Notes: generated by a model not told the origin, from the letters alone. DNA of 64,000 nucleotides from an uncultured candidate division Zixibacteria bacterium (GCA_963668625.2 CAXXKA010000008.1:320001-384000), one strand, 5' to 3'; positions 10,747-21,666 are shown, counted from the first letter of the stretch. Numbers and translations are program-made.

Positions 10747-11517
10747 ATGATGACAAACACCGAAAATAATGCCAGTATGGATAATTTCTGGTTAAATCTA
10801 AAAAACAAATCTGAAAATGCTATAAAGAAGGGGAAAATGCCCCTGATAATAGTCGATCTCGATGGCACTCTCGTGGATTACACGATGAGAACATACAGCA
10901 TTTTCCAGGAAATGCCGAACAATTTTGACCTTCCCGATAATGTAAGAGATATAATTCTATCGATAAAACCCTCCGAATTCCACTACCATCCCCGGGAAAA
11001 CCTGAATAGCGTTGGTATCGAGGATAGTGAATTGGTTGATCAACTCTCGGCTTTCTGGGAGAAAAGCTTCCTATCGAATTATTATCTTCACTACGATATC
11101 CCTCTTGATGGCAGCGAGGAGTTCATCAGGAATATTCTCGATCATGGTATAAATATTGTATATCTAACCGGTCGGGATGAGGAAAACATGGGTATGGGCA
11201 CAAGGACCTGGCTACAAAAATACAACCTGCACCCCCTGGAGAATCGCACCCGCCTGCTCCTGAAAACGGATATGAGCTTGATTAATTACCAGGCCAAAGA
11301 TAAAAACTGTGAGATAATCAAAACACTCGGCGAACCAGTGCTCATAATCGATAACGAACCTATCGAGTTGGCCACTACCTGGGGTAGATTCCCCGAGGCA
11401 ATAGGTATTTTAATGGAGACCCAAAACACCGGTCGCAAAGCCGAACTGCCGGCAAACACTATCAGGATGCCTAATTTTCTCGAGCTGAATTCGAAAATCG
11501 AAATACCGAGTTACTGA
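10747..11517 (+). CDS. HAD-superfamily phosphatase, copy 1
   Basis: DLDGT motif I, YLTGR motif II, conserved K, IIDNE motif IV; GGAG RBS. Confidence 0.85.
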   Translation: MMTNTENNASMDNFWLNLKNKSENAIKKGKMPLIIVDLDGTLVDYTMRTYSIFQEMPNNFDLPDNVRDIILSIKPSEFHYHPRENLNSVGIEDSELVDQLSAFWEKSFLSNYYLHYDIPLDGSEEFIRNILDHGINIVYLTGRDEENMGMGTRTWLQKYNLHPLENRTRLLLKTDMSLINYQAKDKNCEIIKTLGEPVLIIDNEPIELATTWGRFPEAIGILMETQNTGRKAELPANTIRMPNFLELNSKIEIPSY

Positions 11518-11566
11518 TATTTCCGAATCCGGTATCTGCATAAAATATTAAGTACATGTAGGTATC

Positions 11567-11594
11567 GTAGGGATTCAGAAATTTGAATCCCTGC
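11567..11594. repeat. GTAG-type REP-like palindrome
   Basis: GTAGGGATTCAGAAATTTGAATCCCTGC hairpin between convergent genes. Confidence 0.55.
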
Positions 11595-11691
11595 TTAGTA
11601 TATACGATATATCCCTAACTAATCACGATAAGGTAAACATAGTCCTCATAATAATATAAACATTTAAAAGGAGGATAATCGTTTTCGATAA

Positions 11692-12237
11692 CTATTCTAG
11701 AGTATCAGCGATGAGTCTGGCCGATTGATCGGCGGTAAAAGCAATAGAATCGATTTTTAAAAGTGGATTCGGCTCATATGCATAATCGTAGCCTAAGCCG
11801 GGCAATTTTAGCTGCCCTTGAAGGGCTTGTTGATATAAATCCACGATCTCGGCTTTATCCTCTCGGTTATGCTCCCGCTCGATACAAGTATCCAGAGGAC
11901 AGTCTATCCATATAATGTGGAAATTCGCGAGGTATCTCTTGGCCAGTTCACGTGCCTCGCCCCGACCGTCCACGGAATCGATTATAGTGTTAATTCCTTG
12001 AGCTTGCATGAGTTGCGCGATTAAAATAGAGCTTCTGTAGATAAACTCTTTCTCCTCCTGGCTAAAAGTCGGCTCGGGAGTTAAGAACTGCCGAATCTCA
12101 TCGGCCCTGACATATTCATAGCGCGTATTTTTGGATTCCAGTATTTTTATCAGGCTTTTACAAATAGTGGACTTGCCCGAACCCGAAAGGCCGGTTATCC
12201 AGATGATCCAAGGTTGTTTTATTTTAGTTTCGCCCAT
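11692..12237 (-). CDS. Adenylyl-sulfate kinase-like P-loop kinase, copy 2
   Basis: WITGLSGSGKSTI, RADEIR, IIDSVDG, LPGLGYDYAYE; clear paralog of 10068-10607. Confidence 0.8.
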   Translation of the reverse strand: MGETKIKQPWIIWITGLSGSGKSTICKSLIKILESKNTRYEYVRADEIRQFLTPEPTFSQEEKEFIYRSSILIAQLMQAQGINTIIDSVDGRGEARELAKRYLANFHIIWIDCPLDTCIEREHNREDKAEIVDLYQQALQGQLKLPGLGYDYAYEPNPLLKIDSIAFTADQSARLIADTLE

Positions 12238-12362
12238 CTTCGAGTCCTCAGCTCACAATATCACTAATGTTCGCTGATGTCAAGAAACTTGCGAAACTAA
12301 CTAAAAATTAGTATCGTTCGACAATATAATTGATATATTTAAGTAAAATAGGATGATGAATT

Positions 12363-13127
12363 ATGACCCAAAAACAAAATCTGCAAATCGATTATTCCAA
12401 TTTCTGGCAAAAAATATCTCAACGAGCTAAAAGCGTGAAATCTTCCGGCGACCGGCCGATACTCATAATCGACCTGGATGGCACATTGGTGGACTACACT
12501 TTAAGAACGTATAAGATTTTCCAGAAAGCTCTGCAGGAACTCGACCTGCCGGACACGATCAAAAAACAGGTCGATGATATCAAGCGCGAGGATTACGATT
12601 ATTTCCCGAAAACAAATTTCGTCCGGGCCAATATCGGGGATGATAAAACTATCAACGATCTGACCGGTTTCTGGGAGGGTAAGTATTTCATCAATGAGTA
12701 TCTCAAATACGATAAGCAAATCCCCGGCGCCTACGAATTTATCTCGAATATCCTCCAACTCGGTATCGAGATCGTGTACTTGACCGGCAGGGATGACCAG
12801 AATATGGGGGATGGAACTCGCATGTGGCTTAAAGAGAACGGCTTCTTAGTTGATGGTGACAATAGATGTCGTTTGTTGATGAAAATGGATCTGGAAATTG
12901 AGAACTACGAATCCAAAGCCCGTAATGGCGAAACTATCGGGACGCTCGGTCAGCCGGTTTTGATTATCGACAATGAGCCGATTGAGCTGCAAACGATGTC
13001 GGAAAGATTCCCGGATGCCAATATCGTGTTGGTGGATATGCCCAATTCCGGCAAGCCGGCTAAATTGCCCGAGGACATTTTCAAGATTAAGGATTTCCGA
13101 AAATTAAACGAGGCGTTCGAGAAATAG
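12363..13127 (+). CDS. HAD-superfamily phosphatase, copy 2
   Basis: DLDGTLVDYT, YLTGRD, IIDNEPIEL shared with 10747-11517. Confidence 0.85.
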   Translation: MTQKQNLQIDYSNFWQKISQRAKSVKSSGDRPILIIDLDGTLVDYTLRTYKIFQKALQELDLPDTIKKQVDDIKREDYDYFPKTNFVRANIGDDKTINDLTGFWEGKYFINEYLKYDKQIPGAYEFISNILQLGIEIVYLTGRDDQNMGDGTRMWLKENGFLVDGDNRCRLLMKMDLEIENYESKARNGETIGTLGQPVLIIDNEPIELQTMSERFPDANIVLVDMPNSGKPAKLPEDIFKIKDFRKLNEAFEK

Positions 13128-13340
13128 TACATTCGCAAGGTTAGAACAATTTAATACTTTTTCTGTTCTGCATTTAACCAGAATAACTATTAGTTGTTAG
13201 CGAAAGAACGAATCGTGATATTGTATCACCACTGTCCAACGCATCCTTCTCCTTGCGAGCAACCGTAGGGGATCACTATCGGGACTTCAATCGCTCCGCT
13301 CATTTGCAATGAAGTTACTGGGAGTTTTTCAACAATCCAA

Positions 13341-13499
13341 GCTCCTGCAAACCAGGGAAACTAAACTTTAAATCGGCATGATTCGTTAGAATTAAAACGG
13401 AGCTGTATCCTGATACTAACTTCTAATTTAGTCCCAAAATAATTTTACCGATTTTACCGCGCTGAATGATCAAGATAGCAAATTAATCCCGGAAATTAG
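13341..13499 (-). repeat. Partial, diverged copy of the MITE-like element (left part of the 18440-18702 variant)
   Basis: Aligns by eye with 18544-18702, e.g. ATTCGTTAGAAT / ATTCGCTAGAAT and GATCAAGATAGCAAATTAA / GATTAAGATAGCAAATTAA. Confidence 0.7.
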
Positions 13500-13517
13500 T
13501 AGCTATTTACATATACC

Positions 13518-13547
13518 AAAACAGGGAGTACTCAAGCACTCCCTGTT
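13518..13547 (-). terminator. Terminator of the MFS gene
   Basis: AACAGGGAGTGC-TTGA-GTACTCCCTGTTTT on minus strand. Confidence 0.7.
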
Positions 13548-13581
13548 CGTTATTCTTTATTAGTTTTAAGGTCTATTAGAT

Positions 13582-15045
13582 TTAAGCTTTTTTAGTACCT
13601 GGTTTCGGCATCGCTTTCCAGATTTTAACGGCAAGCAAGAAACCGATTACCGTAAACGGAATCAGGAATACCGGCCACCAGCTCCAGTTGGACGAGGTGA
13701 TAAAGCCCAGGCTCAACGACTGGAATCCGGTACCAAGGTACACGAAACCATCGATTAAGCCAACAGCCGTCGCCGCCGCTCGTTTGCCGCCGAAATCCAT
13801 AGTCGAGGTGCCCGAAAGCATACCGTGCGTACCGATAACACAGAACGACATCAACACGACAGCAATTGCCAGAAGCATTTGATCTCCTTTAACCACGAAT
13901 ACCATCAGGAGAGTGGCAAAGAACATGAGGCCATAAAGCAAGCCGGCCACCGGGCCTCTTCGCGAACCGAAAACCTTATCCGAAAGTACACCGGCAACCA
14001 TGCCACCGAACACGCCCGCCAGCATCAGTATCAAGCCCCAGTGTTGACGCATGAATGCATCCGAGGCTTGATGCAGGAAATCTTTCAGGTAAATCGGATA
14101 CCAGTGCATCACGCCGTTACGCAGAACACCGGTGCAGAACTCGATCAGGGCGATTGTCAGGATGATCTTGTTGGTCAGGATTTTCTTCAAGATATCTTTC
14201 AAGTTGAACGGCTTATCGTCCTCGCCCGAGGAGGCATCCGCGGTATTGAAATCCTGGAATCCCGCGCCGCTGGGAGTATCACGCAAAATAAACAGGTCGA
14301 GTATGGCAAATATCACCAGTATACCGGCCGGCACGAAAAACACCCACCATGTCTGATCGTTTGCCGTACCGGCGATACCCAGTATGTTACGCATCGCCAC
14401 CTGTATGAAATTCAGATCGACATCGACAACCGCTTTGGTGGCATTGACGATAGCGAATCCCCAGTCGAAAGCGAAATATATGCCCAGCGAGATCAGTATC
14501 CCGAATATCCCGCCGAACACACCTCGTTCCCGTACGTGGAACCAGGAGGCATTTACTTTTACGATAGCCACTGCGCCGAAACTCTGGAAATACATATTGA
14601 GCGCGTAAAAGAACGAGAATACCACAGTCAAATTCATAGCCCATTCGTGAACCAGGAAACCGTAGGTAATTATTCCCATCAGTACATTGGCAATAGCTGC
14701 GCCGGTCGCGCCGATAAGGATGGCCTTTTTACCGCCGATCCTATCGGTCAACGGTCCGTTTATCAAAAAAGCCAGGGCATAAGTGATAGTACCGGCGGCG
14801 AATATAATACCGAAATCCTCCTTGGTCATTAATTCACCCAGGGCATTTTTGGATACGGTCAGGTTATATCGAGCCATATATAAGAAAGCGTACGTAAATC
14901 CGAGAGGCAGCCAGTTGATAACTCGCCGGAGTTTGAATTGCATCGTATGGTGTACATCCGGATTCTCCCGGAAAATATCCATCAACACATACGCCACCAC
15001 CATCACGATAGGCGCAATGGAGATAAGGTCAAACAGTAACTTCAT
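13582..15045 (-). CDS. MFS transporter, GlpT/UhpT organophosphate:Pi antiporter-like
   Basis: Y-x-x-RYN in TM1, GPLTDRIGGK, WFHVRERG, GVLSDKVFGSRR, AAATAVGLIDGFVYLG; about 12 hydrophobic segments. Confidence 0.85.
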   Translation of the reverse strand: MKLLFDLISIAPIVMVVAYVLMDIFRENPDVHHTMQFKLRRVINWLPLGFTYAFLYMARYNLTVSKNALGELMTKEDFGIIFAAGTITYALAFLINGPLTDRIGGKKAILIGATGAAIANVLMGIITYGFLVHEWAMNLTVVFSFFYALNMYFQSFGAVAIVKVNASWFHVRERGVFGGIFGILISLGIYFAFDWGFAIVNATKAVVDVDLNFIQVAMRNILGIAGTANDQTWWVFFVPAGILVIFAILDLFILRDTPSGAGFQDFNTADASSGEDDKPFNLKDILKKILTNKIILTIALIEFCTGVLRNGVMHWYPIYLKDFLHQASDAFMRQHWGLILMLAGVFGGMVAGVLSDKVFGSRRGPVAGLLYGLMFFATLLMVFVVKGDQMLLAIAVVLMSFCVIGTHGMLSGTSTMDFGGKRAAATAVGLIDGFVYLGTGFQSLSLGFITSSNWSWWPVFLIPFTVIGFLLAVKIWKAMPKPGTKKA

Positions 15046-15571
15046 AATTTCCTCCAGAGAATTTAAATATAATGATTTTCACTAAGACAGGCGTTCTCGT
15101 AAGCAAAATACTTCCTATCAGTTGATCTAAAAGATTCGCGAAAGGATACATTGCTTATATCATATTACAACGCCGCTAAATATAAACTTAAGCTCATAAT
15201 TTATCAAGTGAAAACCCGGAAACACGATTGACCTTAATGATTCAAGCTTAAATGTTATCCGCAAATAAATCGTCAGCTCAGGATATTACCGGCGGTCATC
15301 GAGATACCGGGTTACCCGTATTATAATATCGTTTCGCAGCTTATGGAATTTTTTAAAATCCGAGACCGGAGAATGCCATTGATACACAAAAAGGTCATAG
15401 AATCCCGTATTAATCATATTTTAACATATATCTAACATCCCGTACCCCATAAAACATGAATCCTTCATCCTGAGCAAAAGGACTCCTTATATAGCTCTTT
15501 TAGACTTATCCTCCGCCCAAACGATAATAATAATTGACTTATCAATACCGCAGTATTAAACTATATTTACT

Positions 15572-17140
15572 ATGAAAATATGTACTCCAAACCAGATGCA
15601 GGAAATCGACCGCAAAGCTATTGAAGGACTCGGTATACCCGGGTTAGAATTAATGGAAAACGCAGGCCGGTCGGTTTACGACATGATTTTAGAATATTAC
15701 GGACCCGCCGAGGGCAACCGGGTGGCGATTGTCGCCGGTAAAGGAAATAATGGCGGTGATGGTCACGTAGTCGCGCGTTACCTCAAGGAGGATGGCGCGC
15801 ATGTAGAGATCTACCTGATCGGTAAGAAAAGCCAGGTTAAAGGTGATGCCGCCGAGAACCTGATGCGAGCCGAACGTATCGGCATAGCTATTCACGAAAT
15901 CGAGGATTCCGAGGATCTCATAATTCCCGAGGACACATGGGTAATTGTCGATGCCATTTTCGGAACGGGTTTCAACGGCAAGCTTCGCCAACCATACGAT
16001 CATATCATCAAGAAAATCAATCAATCCGGTATACCGGTAGTGGCTGTGGATACCCCCTCCGGCCTGGATGGTACCACCGGCCGTGTAACCGATCCCTGTA
16101 TCAATGCCGATATTACAGTCACGTTCGGTCTTGCGAAAATCGGCCAGGCATTGTATCCGGGCAAGGCTAATTGCGGCAATCTCGAGGTTGTCGATATAGG
16201 TTTCCCTCCGGGCCTGGATGATGATATCCACACTTATCTTATCACCGCCGAGGAGGCGGTAAAGCTTCTGCCTCATCGAATACATAACGCTCACAAGGGT
16301 AATTTCGGTAAGCTGTTCGTATTAGCCGGCTCCACCGGACTTACCGGCGCCGCCTGTCTGGCCTCGATGGCCGCATACCGTTCCGGAGCGGGACTGGTAA
16401 CTTTAGGTTGCCCGGCCTCCCTTAACCAGATATTCGAAACCAAGCTCACCGAGGTGATGACAAAACCCTTACCCGATGTCGCCAAGAAAGGCTGTCTGGC
16501 CACGCGCGGTATGGGCGAGATTCGCGAGATGATCGACTGGGCGGATGCTATAGCAATCGGCCCCGGAATCGGGACTCATCACGAAACAGCCGAACTGGTG
16601 ACAAGATTGGTTGAGGAGATAGACAAACCAATGGTTATCGATGCCGACGGTTTGAACATACTATCGAAAAATCTCGAAAGCTTGAAAGCCCACAAGCGAC
16701 CGCTGGTGATCTCACCGCATCCCGGCGAGTTCGCTCGTCTCTCCGGCCACAGCATAGATGAGGTTCAACAGTACCCGATAGATTTAGCCTCGCAATTCGC
16801 CTGGGATTACGATTTAAGCGTGATTTTAAAAGGAGCGCCGACAGTTGTAACCCGTCGCTCAGGCAATATTTATATCAACTATTCGGGCAATGATGGCATG
16901 GCAACCGGTGGCTCAGGGGATGTTTTAACCGGGCTGATCGGCGGTTTCCTGGCTCAGGGTGTGTGCTATTCCGATGCTGCCGTGCTGGCAACATACGTGC
17001 ATGGTCTGGCCGGAGATATTGCGGCCGAGATTTACGGCACCCGAGGTATGATAGCCGGTGATATCCTTCAGTTCGTTCCGCAAGCATTAAGCGAGCTCGA
17101 GAACTGTTGCGATGATGATATAGGCGATTACGAGGACTAA
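15572..17140 (+). CDS. nnr: Bifunctional NAD(P)H-hydrate epimerase/dehydratase (YjeF/NnrDE)
   Basis: LMENAG, GKGNNGGDG, DAIFGTG, HKGNFG, PHPGEF, GGSGDVLTG motifs. Confidence 0.95.
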   Translation: MKICTPNQMQEIDRKAIEGLGIPGLELMENAGRSVYDMILEYYGPAEGNRVAIVAGKGNNGGDGHVVARYLKEDGAHVEIYLIGKKSQVKGDAAENLMRAERIGIAIHEIEDSEDLIIPEDTWVIVDAIFGTGFNGKLRQPYDHIIKKINQSGIPVVAVDTPSGLDGTTGRVTDPCINADITVTFGLAKIGQALYPGKANCGNLEVVDIGFPPGLDDDIHTYLITAEEAVKLLPHRIHNAHKGNFGKLFVLAGSTGLTGAACLASMAAYRSGAGLVTLGCPASLNQIFETKLTEVMTKPLPDVAKKGCLATRGMGEIREMIDWADAIAIGPGIGTHHETAELVTRLVEEIDKPMVIDADGLNILSKNLESLKAHKRPLVISPHPGEFARLSGHSIDEVQQYPIDLASQFAWDYDLSVILKGAPTVVTRRSGNIYINYSGNDGMATGGSGDVLTGLIGGFLAQGVCYSDAAVLATYVHGLAGDIAAEIYGTRGMIAGDILQFVPQALSELENCCDDDIGDYED

Positions 17141-17431
17141 CCAGCCTCGAATAAAATCCCTATAGAACCATTTAATAGCATGGGCGTATTAAGAAAAAGA
17201 AGTCGTTTTGGTTTAGTATTTTCAATTATTTCCAAAAGCAAGTGATAACTTAACAATATCATAAATCAACCTACTGATTTTTATTGAGCGATAAGGTAGC
17301 CGTGTAGATGACGAGCAAGGGCTCCTGACGCGGGCCAACTAAACAATGATGATTACCCACTCGATGGCAGAGCCTTGATATATTAACGGGGGATTGAAAA
17401 AACATCAATTAAACATTACAAAGGAGGCAGG

Positions 17432-17860
17432 ATGCTGAAACATAAAGGGGCTGCAATTATCATTCTTCTAGCGGCAATTATCAATTGCTCTAAATTTTGC
17501 GAGGTCGACCAAATCTATCAAATCGGTAAGCAAGGAGATGAAAACATCATCCTGGCTTATCAGGTACGATGCCAAGAAAAATCGAATAACTGGGTGGGGG
17601 TTACCTGGAAAGAGAAGGACAAACATTTCGAGCCCGGTATAGGTAAGATTTTTATGGCTAGAAATTCGGATTATATTTGGATCGAGAGAGTTTCACCCGA
17701 TACGGTCAAAGTATATACCGATACCGACACCGCCAAGGTTAAAGTCGAACAAGCGCGGGGAATTACGTTCGTTTATGAGCGAAAAGATCCCGAGTTTTTC
17801 GAAAACGATAGTTTAAAAGTGCACAAGCTGGAGGCGATAGCCAACCTTAAAGATAAATAG
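17432..17860 (+). CDS. Hypothetical exported protein, possible lipoprotein
   Basis: AGGAGG RBS; hydrophobic N-terminus ending IINC. Confidence 0.65.
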   Translation: MLKHKGAAIIILLAAIINCSKFCEVDQIYQIGKQGDENIILAYQVRCQEKSNNWVGVTWKEKDKHFEPGIGKIFMARNSDYIWIERVSPDTVKVYTDTDTAKVKVEQARGITFVYERKDPEFFENDSLKVHKLEAIANLKDK

Positions 17861-18070
17861 CGTAAGCCGTCTGAATGTCGGTTACCGGTGGATATTTCCG
17901 TCCGATGAATTGCCTCAGGCAAAAGGCCATTTCGCTTGTTTTACCGCTTAAGCTATGATCGGTCCGGCCTCATTTAGATGTAATAAACGGTGAAGGATCG
18001 TCGGCATAAGAAGAAGCCCGGCAGTTTTGAAATTGCAGATATACCAGATATTCTGAATAAAAAAATATCA

Positions 18071-18321
18071 CTAGTGTCCGGCGTTTTTCGCTAATTTTTA
18101 TATTTTTCTTTGGAATTGTTAGTGAAAAATATTTTCCGATATAATTATTATATTCAGCGTATCATGCATCCTTACATGTCCTGCTGATGTTAGGCTTAGT
18201 TTCCTGGTTTCCAAGCGCTGCTTGGAAACCTTCTTGAGTCATGTAGAATGCGCATTCTGCCGGTAAACAAGCCACGTTGAGAAGCAGCGCTTCGCAACGA
18301 GATGGAAAGGCCGGACAGTAG
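18071..18321 (+). mobile_element. Full-length ~250-bp MITE-like element
   Basis: Terminal inverted repeats CTAGTGTCCGGC ... GCCGGACAGTAG; internal hairpin GGTTTCCAAG-CGCTG-CTTGGAAACC; homologous pieces at 13341, 18440, 48664 and 53005. Confidence 0.7.
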
Positions 18322-18439
18322 TGAAAAAATATAGTTATATAAAAAGTATTGCCAATAAAACAATCTATTTCCTGGTTTATATTAATATGGGCATTTTGGG
18401 AAACTCATTATACGTGATTTTGGTTATTATTTTCAATCG

Positions 18440-18702
18440 CTACTGTCCGGCCTTTCCTTCATGTTGTGAAGCACTGCTTCGCATACTGGATTGCCTGCCG
18501 GTTGAATGAGCATGCTGCATGACTCAAGAAGGTTTCTAAGCAGCGCTTTGAAAACAGGGGGACTAAGTTTAACATCGGCAGGATTCGCTAGAATGAAAAT
18601 AGTGCTATTTCCTGAGACTAACTTTTTATTCAATCCAAAAATCATTTTGCTGATATTTAATCCGTAAAGTGATTAAGATAGCAAATTAACCACGGACACT
18701 GA
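18440..18702 (-). mobile_element. Second MITE-like copy, inverted, with a different left half
   Basis: Reverse complement of 18440-18582 matches 18180-18321; other end CACGGACACTG resembles the terminal repeat. Confidence 0.65.
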
Positions 18703-18770
18703 TGATTTTAAATATGAACCGAATAATGTTAGGTTAATGAACAGGTTAAAACAATTGAGGGGGCAGGTAA

Positions 18771-20963
18771 ATGAGCGCAACACAAATACTTTCGGTGTTT
18801 GTTTTACTGGCCTTTTTAATTATGGAGGGATCTGCCGAGATGCGACCAAAGCCAGCCAATAATAAAAATATATTATCCGATACCAGTTATGTCCCATATC
18901 GATCTCCCGAGCCCGGGATTATCCGTCAACAGGGCAATAGACTGAAAAACGAAAAATCCGTCTACCTTAAACAGCACGCTTATAATCCTGTCGATTGGTT
19001 TGCCTGGGGTGAGGAGGCATTTAACAGGGCTAAAGCCGATAATCGGCCAATATTTTTATCGATCGGTTACTCCTCCTGTCACTGGTGCCATGTAATGGAG
19101 GAGCAGGTATTTACCAGGGATGATATAGCCCTTTTCATGAACGAGAATTATATCAATATAAAGCTAGATCGTGAGGAGCGTCCGGATATCGATGCTGTTT
19201 ATATGGATGCCGTTCAGGCGATGACCGGTTCGGGTGGATGGCCGCTTTCGGTATTTTTAACACCTGATCTCAAACCGTTTTACGGCGACACTTACTACCC
19301 GCCCGATCAATTTTTATTCACAATCAATCAAATAGCTGCCGCTTATGCGGATAATAAGGATAAGATCGAGGAGGCGGCCACTAATTTAACCGACATCCTA
19401 TCTGAAAATCTTCAGGTTTCGCTTTCGACTAAGCTTTCCCACGAGATGATAGAATCGCTGGCGGAGAGAGCTAAAACGCAAATCGATAAGCAATGGGGCG
19501 GATTTTCAGGTAATATGAAATTCCCGACTCCGATTCGCTGGCAATTTCTGCTTCACTATTACCGTAAAAACGGTGATGGCGAAATAGCCGGAATGCTTAG
19601 AACTACGCTGGATAATATGGCCTCGGGGGGATTGTTCGATCATATAGGCGGCGGCTTTCATCGCTACGCAACAGATAGAATCTGGCTGGTGCCGCATTTC
19701 GAAAAGATGCTTTACGATAACGCCCAACTCGCTTTGCTTTACCTGGAGGCCTCGGTCGTTTTCGATGACCCACGCTACTCACAAATCAGTCGGGAGACCG
19801 TTGATTTCATGATTGATGAAATGTCGGGTGAGGAGGGCGGATTCTATTCCAGTTATGATGCCGACAGCGACGGGAGGGAGGGGCTTTATTATCTCTGGTC
19901 TGAACAGGAGATACTGGAGGTTGCCGGCGAGCAGGACGGCCCGGCGCTGGCTATGATATTAGGTGTGACTCCGGAGGGTAATTTCGAGGGTATGAATGTA
20001 TTAACTCGCCGGGCGGAGTTATTTGATATTGAATCCAAAATAGGACTTAATGAAAATACTATAAGTCAACTTTTCGATAAGTACCGGGATAAGCTCAGGA
20101 ATTTTCGTGACAAGCGCACATCCCCCTCACTGGACAGGAAGATAATCGCCTCATGGAACGGCCTGGCGATATCGGCCCTGGCAAAAGCTTATGGAGTATT
20201 CAAAGAAGATAGATATATAAAATCTGCCGAGAAAGCGGCGGATTACCTTCTTAAAATTCATATCGATGAAAACGGCGGTTTGTTCAGATCCTCCTATGAG
20301 GGTAAACCGGAACATGATGGTGTTCTGGATGACTACTCGTTTCTGGCCAATGGCCTTTTGGACTTATACCAGGCCTCGGGAAACATACGATACCTGGAAA
20401 AAGCTATGGAACTGATCGATTATACTAATACTAATTTCTCGAGTGAGAATGGCGGTTATTTCCTGACTCATGCGGATGTCGATACGCCGATCGGAAGAAA
20501 AATCGAGCTGTTCGATAATGTACGTCCCTCCGGTAATGCCATGATGGTCGAGGCGCTGGTCAAGTCCGGTGCTATAACCGGTAACAGCGGTTATCACGAT
20601 AAAGCCGGAACACTGGTCGATTTATATTCCGAGATCATGAACAAAGCCGGCATCGAGATGGCCGGCTGGCTGGATGCGGCGATAAAATTGAACGGCCCGT
20701 ACTATGAGTTGATAATAGCCGGCGATGACAATCTGATATTTCATAAATTAAACTCCGTTTACTGGGATAATCTTCCCTGCCACGCGGTATTGGTAGATAT
20801 TCCGGGGGATGGTTTACGAAGTGATGTGGTCAAATCGGCTCGAGACAAAACCGCTATTAAGGGTCTGGCCACCGCTTATGTCTGCAAGCTTGGCACATGT
20901 AATCTACCCACCTCCGATCCGGAAGAGTTGAAGATTCAACTAATAAACGGCTGGGTAAAATAG
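18771..20963 (+). CDS. Thioredoxin domain-containing protein, YyaL/DUF255 family
   Basis: [44 protein letters not shown]. Confidence 0.92.
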   Translation: MSATQILSVFVLLAFLIMEGSAEMRPKPANNKNILSDTSYVPYRSPEPGIIRQQGNRLKNEKSVYLKQHAYNPVDWFAWGEEAFNRAKADNRPIFLSIGYSSCHWCHVMEEQVFTRDDIALFMNENYINIKLDREERPDIDAVYMDAVQAMTGSGGWPLSVFLTPDLKPFYGDTYYPPDQFLFTINQIAAAYADNKDKIEEAATNLTDILSENLQVSLSTKLSHEMIESLAERAKTQIDKQWGGFSGNMKFPTPIRWQFLLHYYRKNGDGEIAGMLRTTLDNMASGGLFDHIGGGFHRYATDRIWLVPHFEKMLYDNAQLALLYLEASVVFDDPRYSQISRETVDFMIDEMSGEEGGFYSSYDADSDGREGLYYLWSEQEILEVAGEQDGPALAMILGVTPEGNFEGMNVLTRRAELFDIESKIGLNENTISQLFDKYRDKLRNFRDKRTSPSLDRKIIASWNGLAISALAKAYGVFKEDRYIKSAEKAADYLLKIHIDENGGLFRSSYEGKPEHDGVLDDYSFLANGLLDLYQASGNIRYLEKAMELIDYTNTNFSSENGGYFLTHADVDTPIGRKIELFDNVRPSGNAMMVEALVKSGAITGNSGYHDKAGTLVDLYSEIMNKAGIEMAGWLDAAIKLNGPYYELIIAGDDNLIFHKLNSVYWDNLPCHAVLVDIPGDGLRSDVVKSARDKTAIKGLATAYVCKLGTCNLPTSDPEELKIQLINGWVK

Positions 20964-21088
20964 TACTCTATCAAGATAAATAACCGATGTTTCGTAACCG
21001 TTTCGGAAAGTGATAATAAAATTGAACTTGCCAGAATAAATCGGATGATCGTATAATAGCGATCACATTTTAAACCGCTGGAGGTTAT

Positions 21089-21583
21089 ATGCCAAATATT
21101 CATCCGATGCTGATACATTTCCCGATTGCTTTGATAATTATTACATTTATTGTTGATATACTGGGTATCTCGCTCAAGCAAAAATCGCTGATACAGGCTG
21201 GTACAGTCACAACCGCCGGGGCGTTTTTAGGTGCGATCATTGCCGTTATCAGCGGCCTGATGGTTGAGGATTCTGTCTGGATGCCGGCCGCGGCTCATGA
21301 GATTCTCGAAACGCATGAGTTATTCGGTTTCATTGCCCTCTCGATAATCGCTATAATGGCGATAATTCGGCTGGCCATGAGAGATAAACTCGAGGGTGGT
21401 ATGAGATGGTTGATGGTGACCCTGGGCGCGATATCCTGCGCGGTCGTGATTAACGGCGCGTATTTGGGCGGCGAGATGGTATACACTCATGGCGCCGGTG
21501 TGGATGCCGCTCGTGACTGCGTTAACGAAAAAGCCATATTACGGGAAAAGCTGGAGAATGCCGAGAGTAATCAAGCACAATAG
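21089..21583 (+). CDS. DUF2231-like membrane protein
   Basis: NIHPMLIHFPIAL N-terminus, four TM helices, GGEMVY.HG.G. Confidence 0.8.
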   Translation: MPNIHPMLIHFPIALIIITFIVDILGISLKQKSLIQAGTVTTAGAFLGAIIAVISGLMVEDSVWMPAAAHEILETHELFGFIALSIIAIMAIIRLAMRDKLEGGMRWLMVTLGAISCAVVINGAYLGGEMVYTHGAGVDAARDCVNEKAILREKLENAESNQAQ

Positions 21584-21666
21584 TACTTGAATGGGATATT
21601 TTCGGATTCAATAAGCTTAGTCGAATTAGTTTGGAAATAAACGCGATTATGTCTTAAAATAAATAT

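Noticed and set aside
10068-12237. Calling the kinases cysC of a sulfate-assimilation operon
   Set aside because: LDGD motif altered and no sat/cysD/cysN/cysH nearby; left as kinase-like without a symbol
13825-14832. 335-aa plus-strand ORF
   Set aside because: Antisense shadow of the MFS gene; His/Gln/Arg-rich composition typical of the reverse frame of a hydrophobic protein
17280-17380. GC-richer stretch upstream of the 142-aa gene as a riboswitch
   Set aside because: No riboswitch consensus that I can recognise
18321-18645. Short ORFs of 62 and 70 aa
   Set aside because: Lie within the MITE-like repeats; I saw no sign that the frames are conserved between copies
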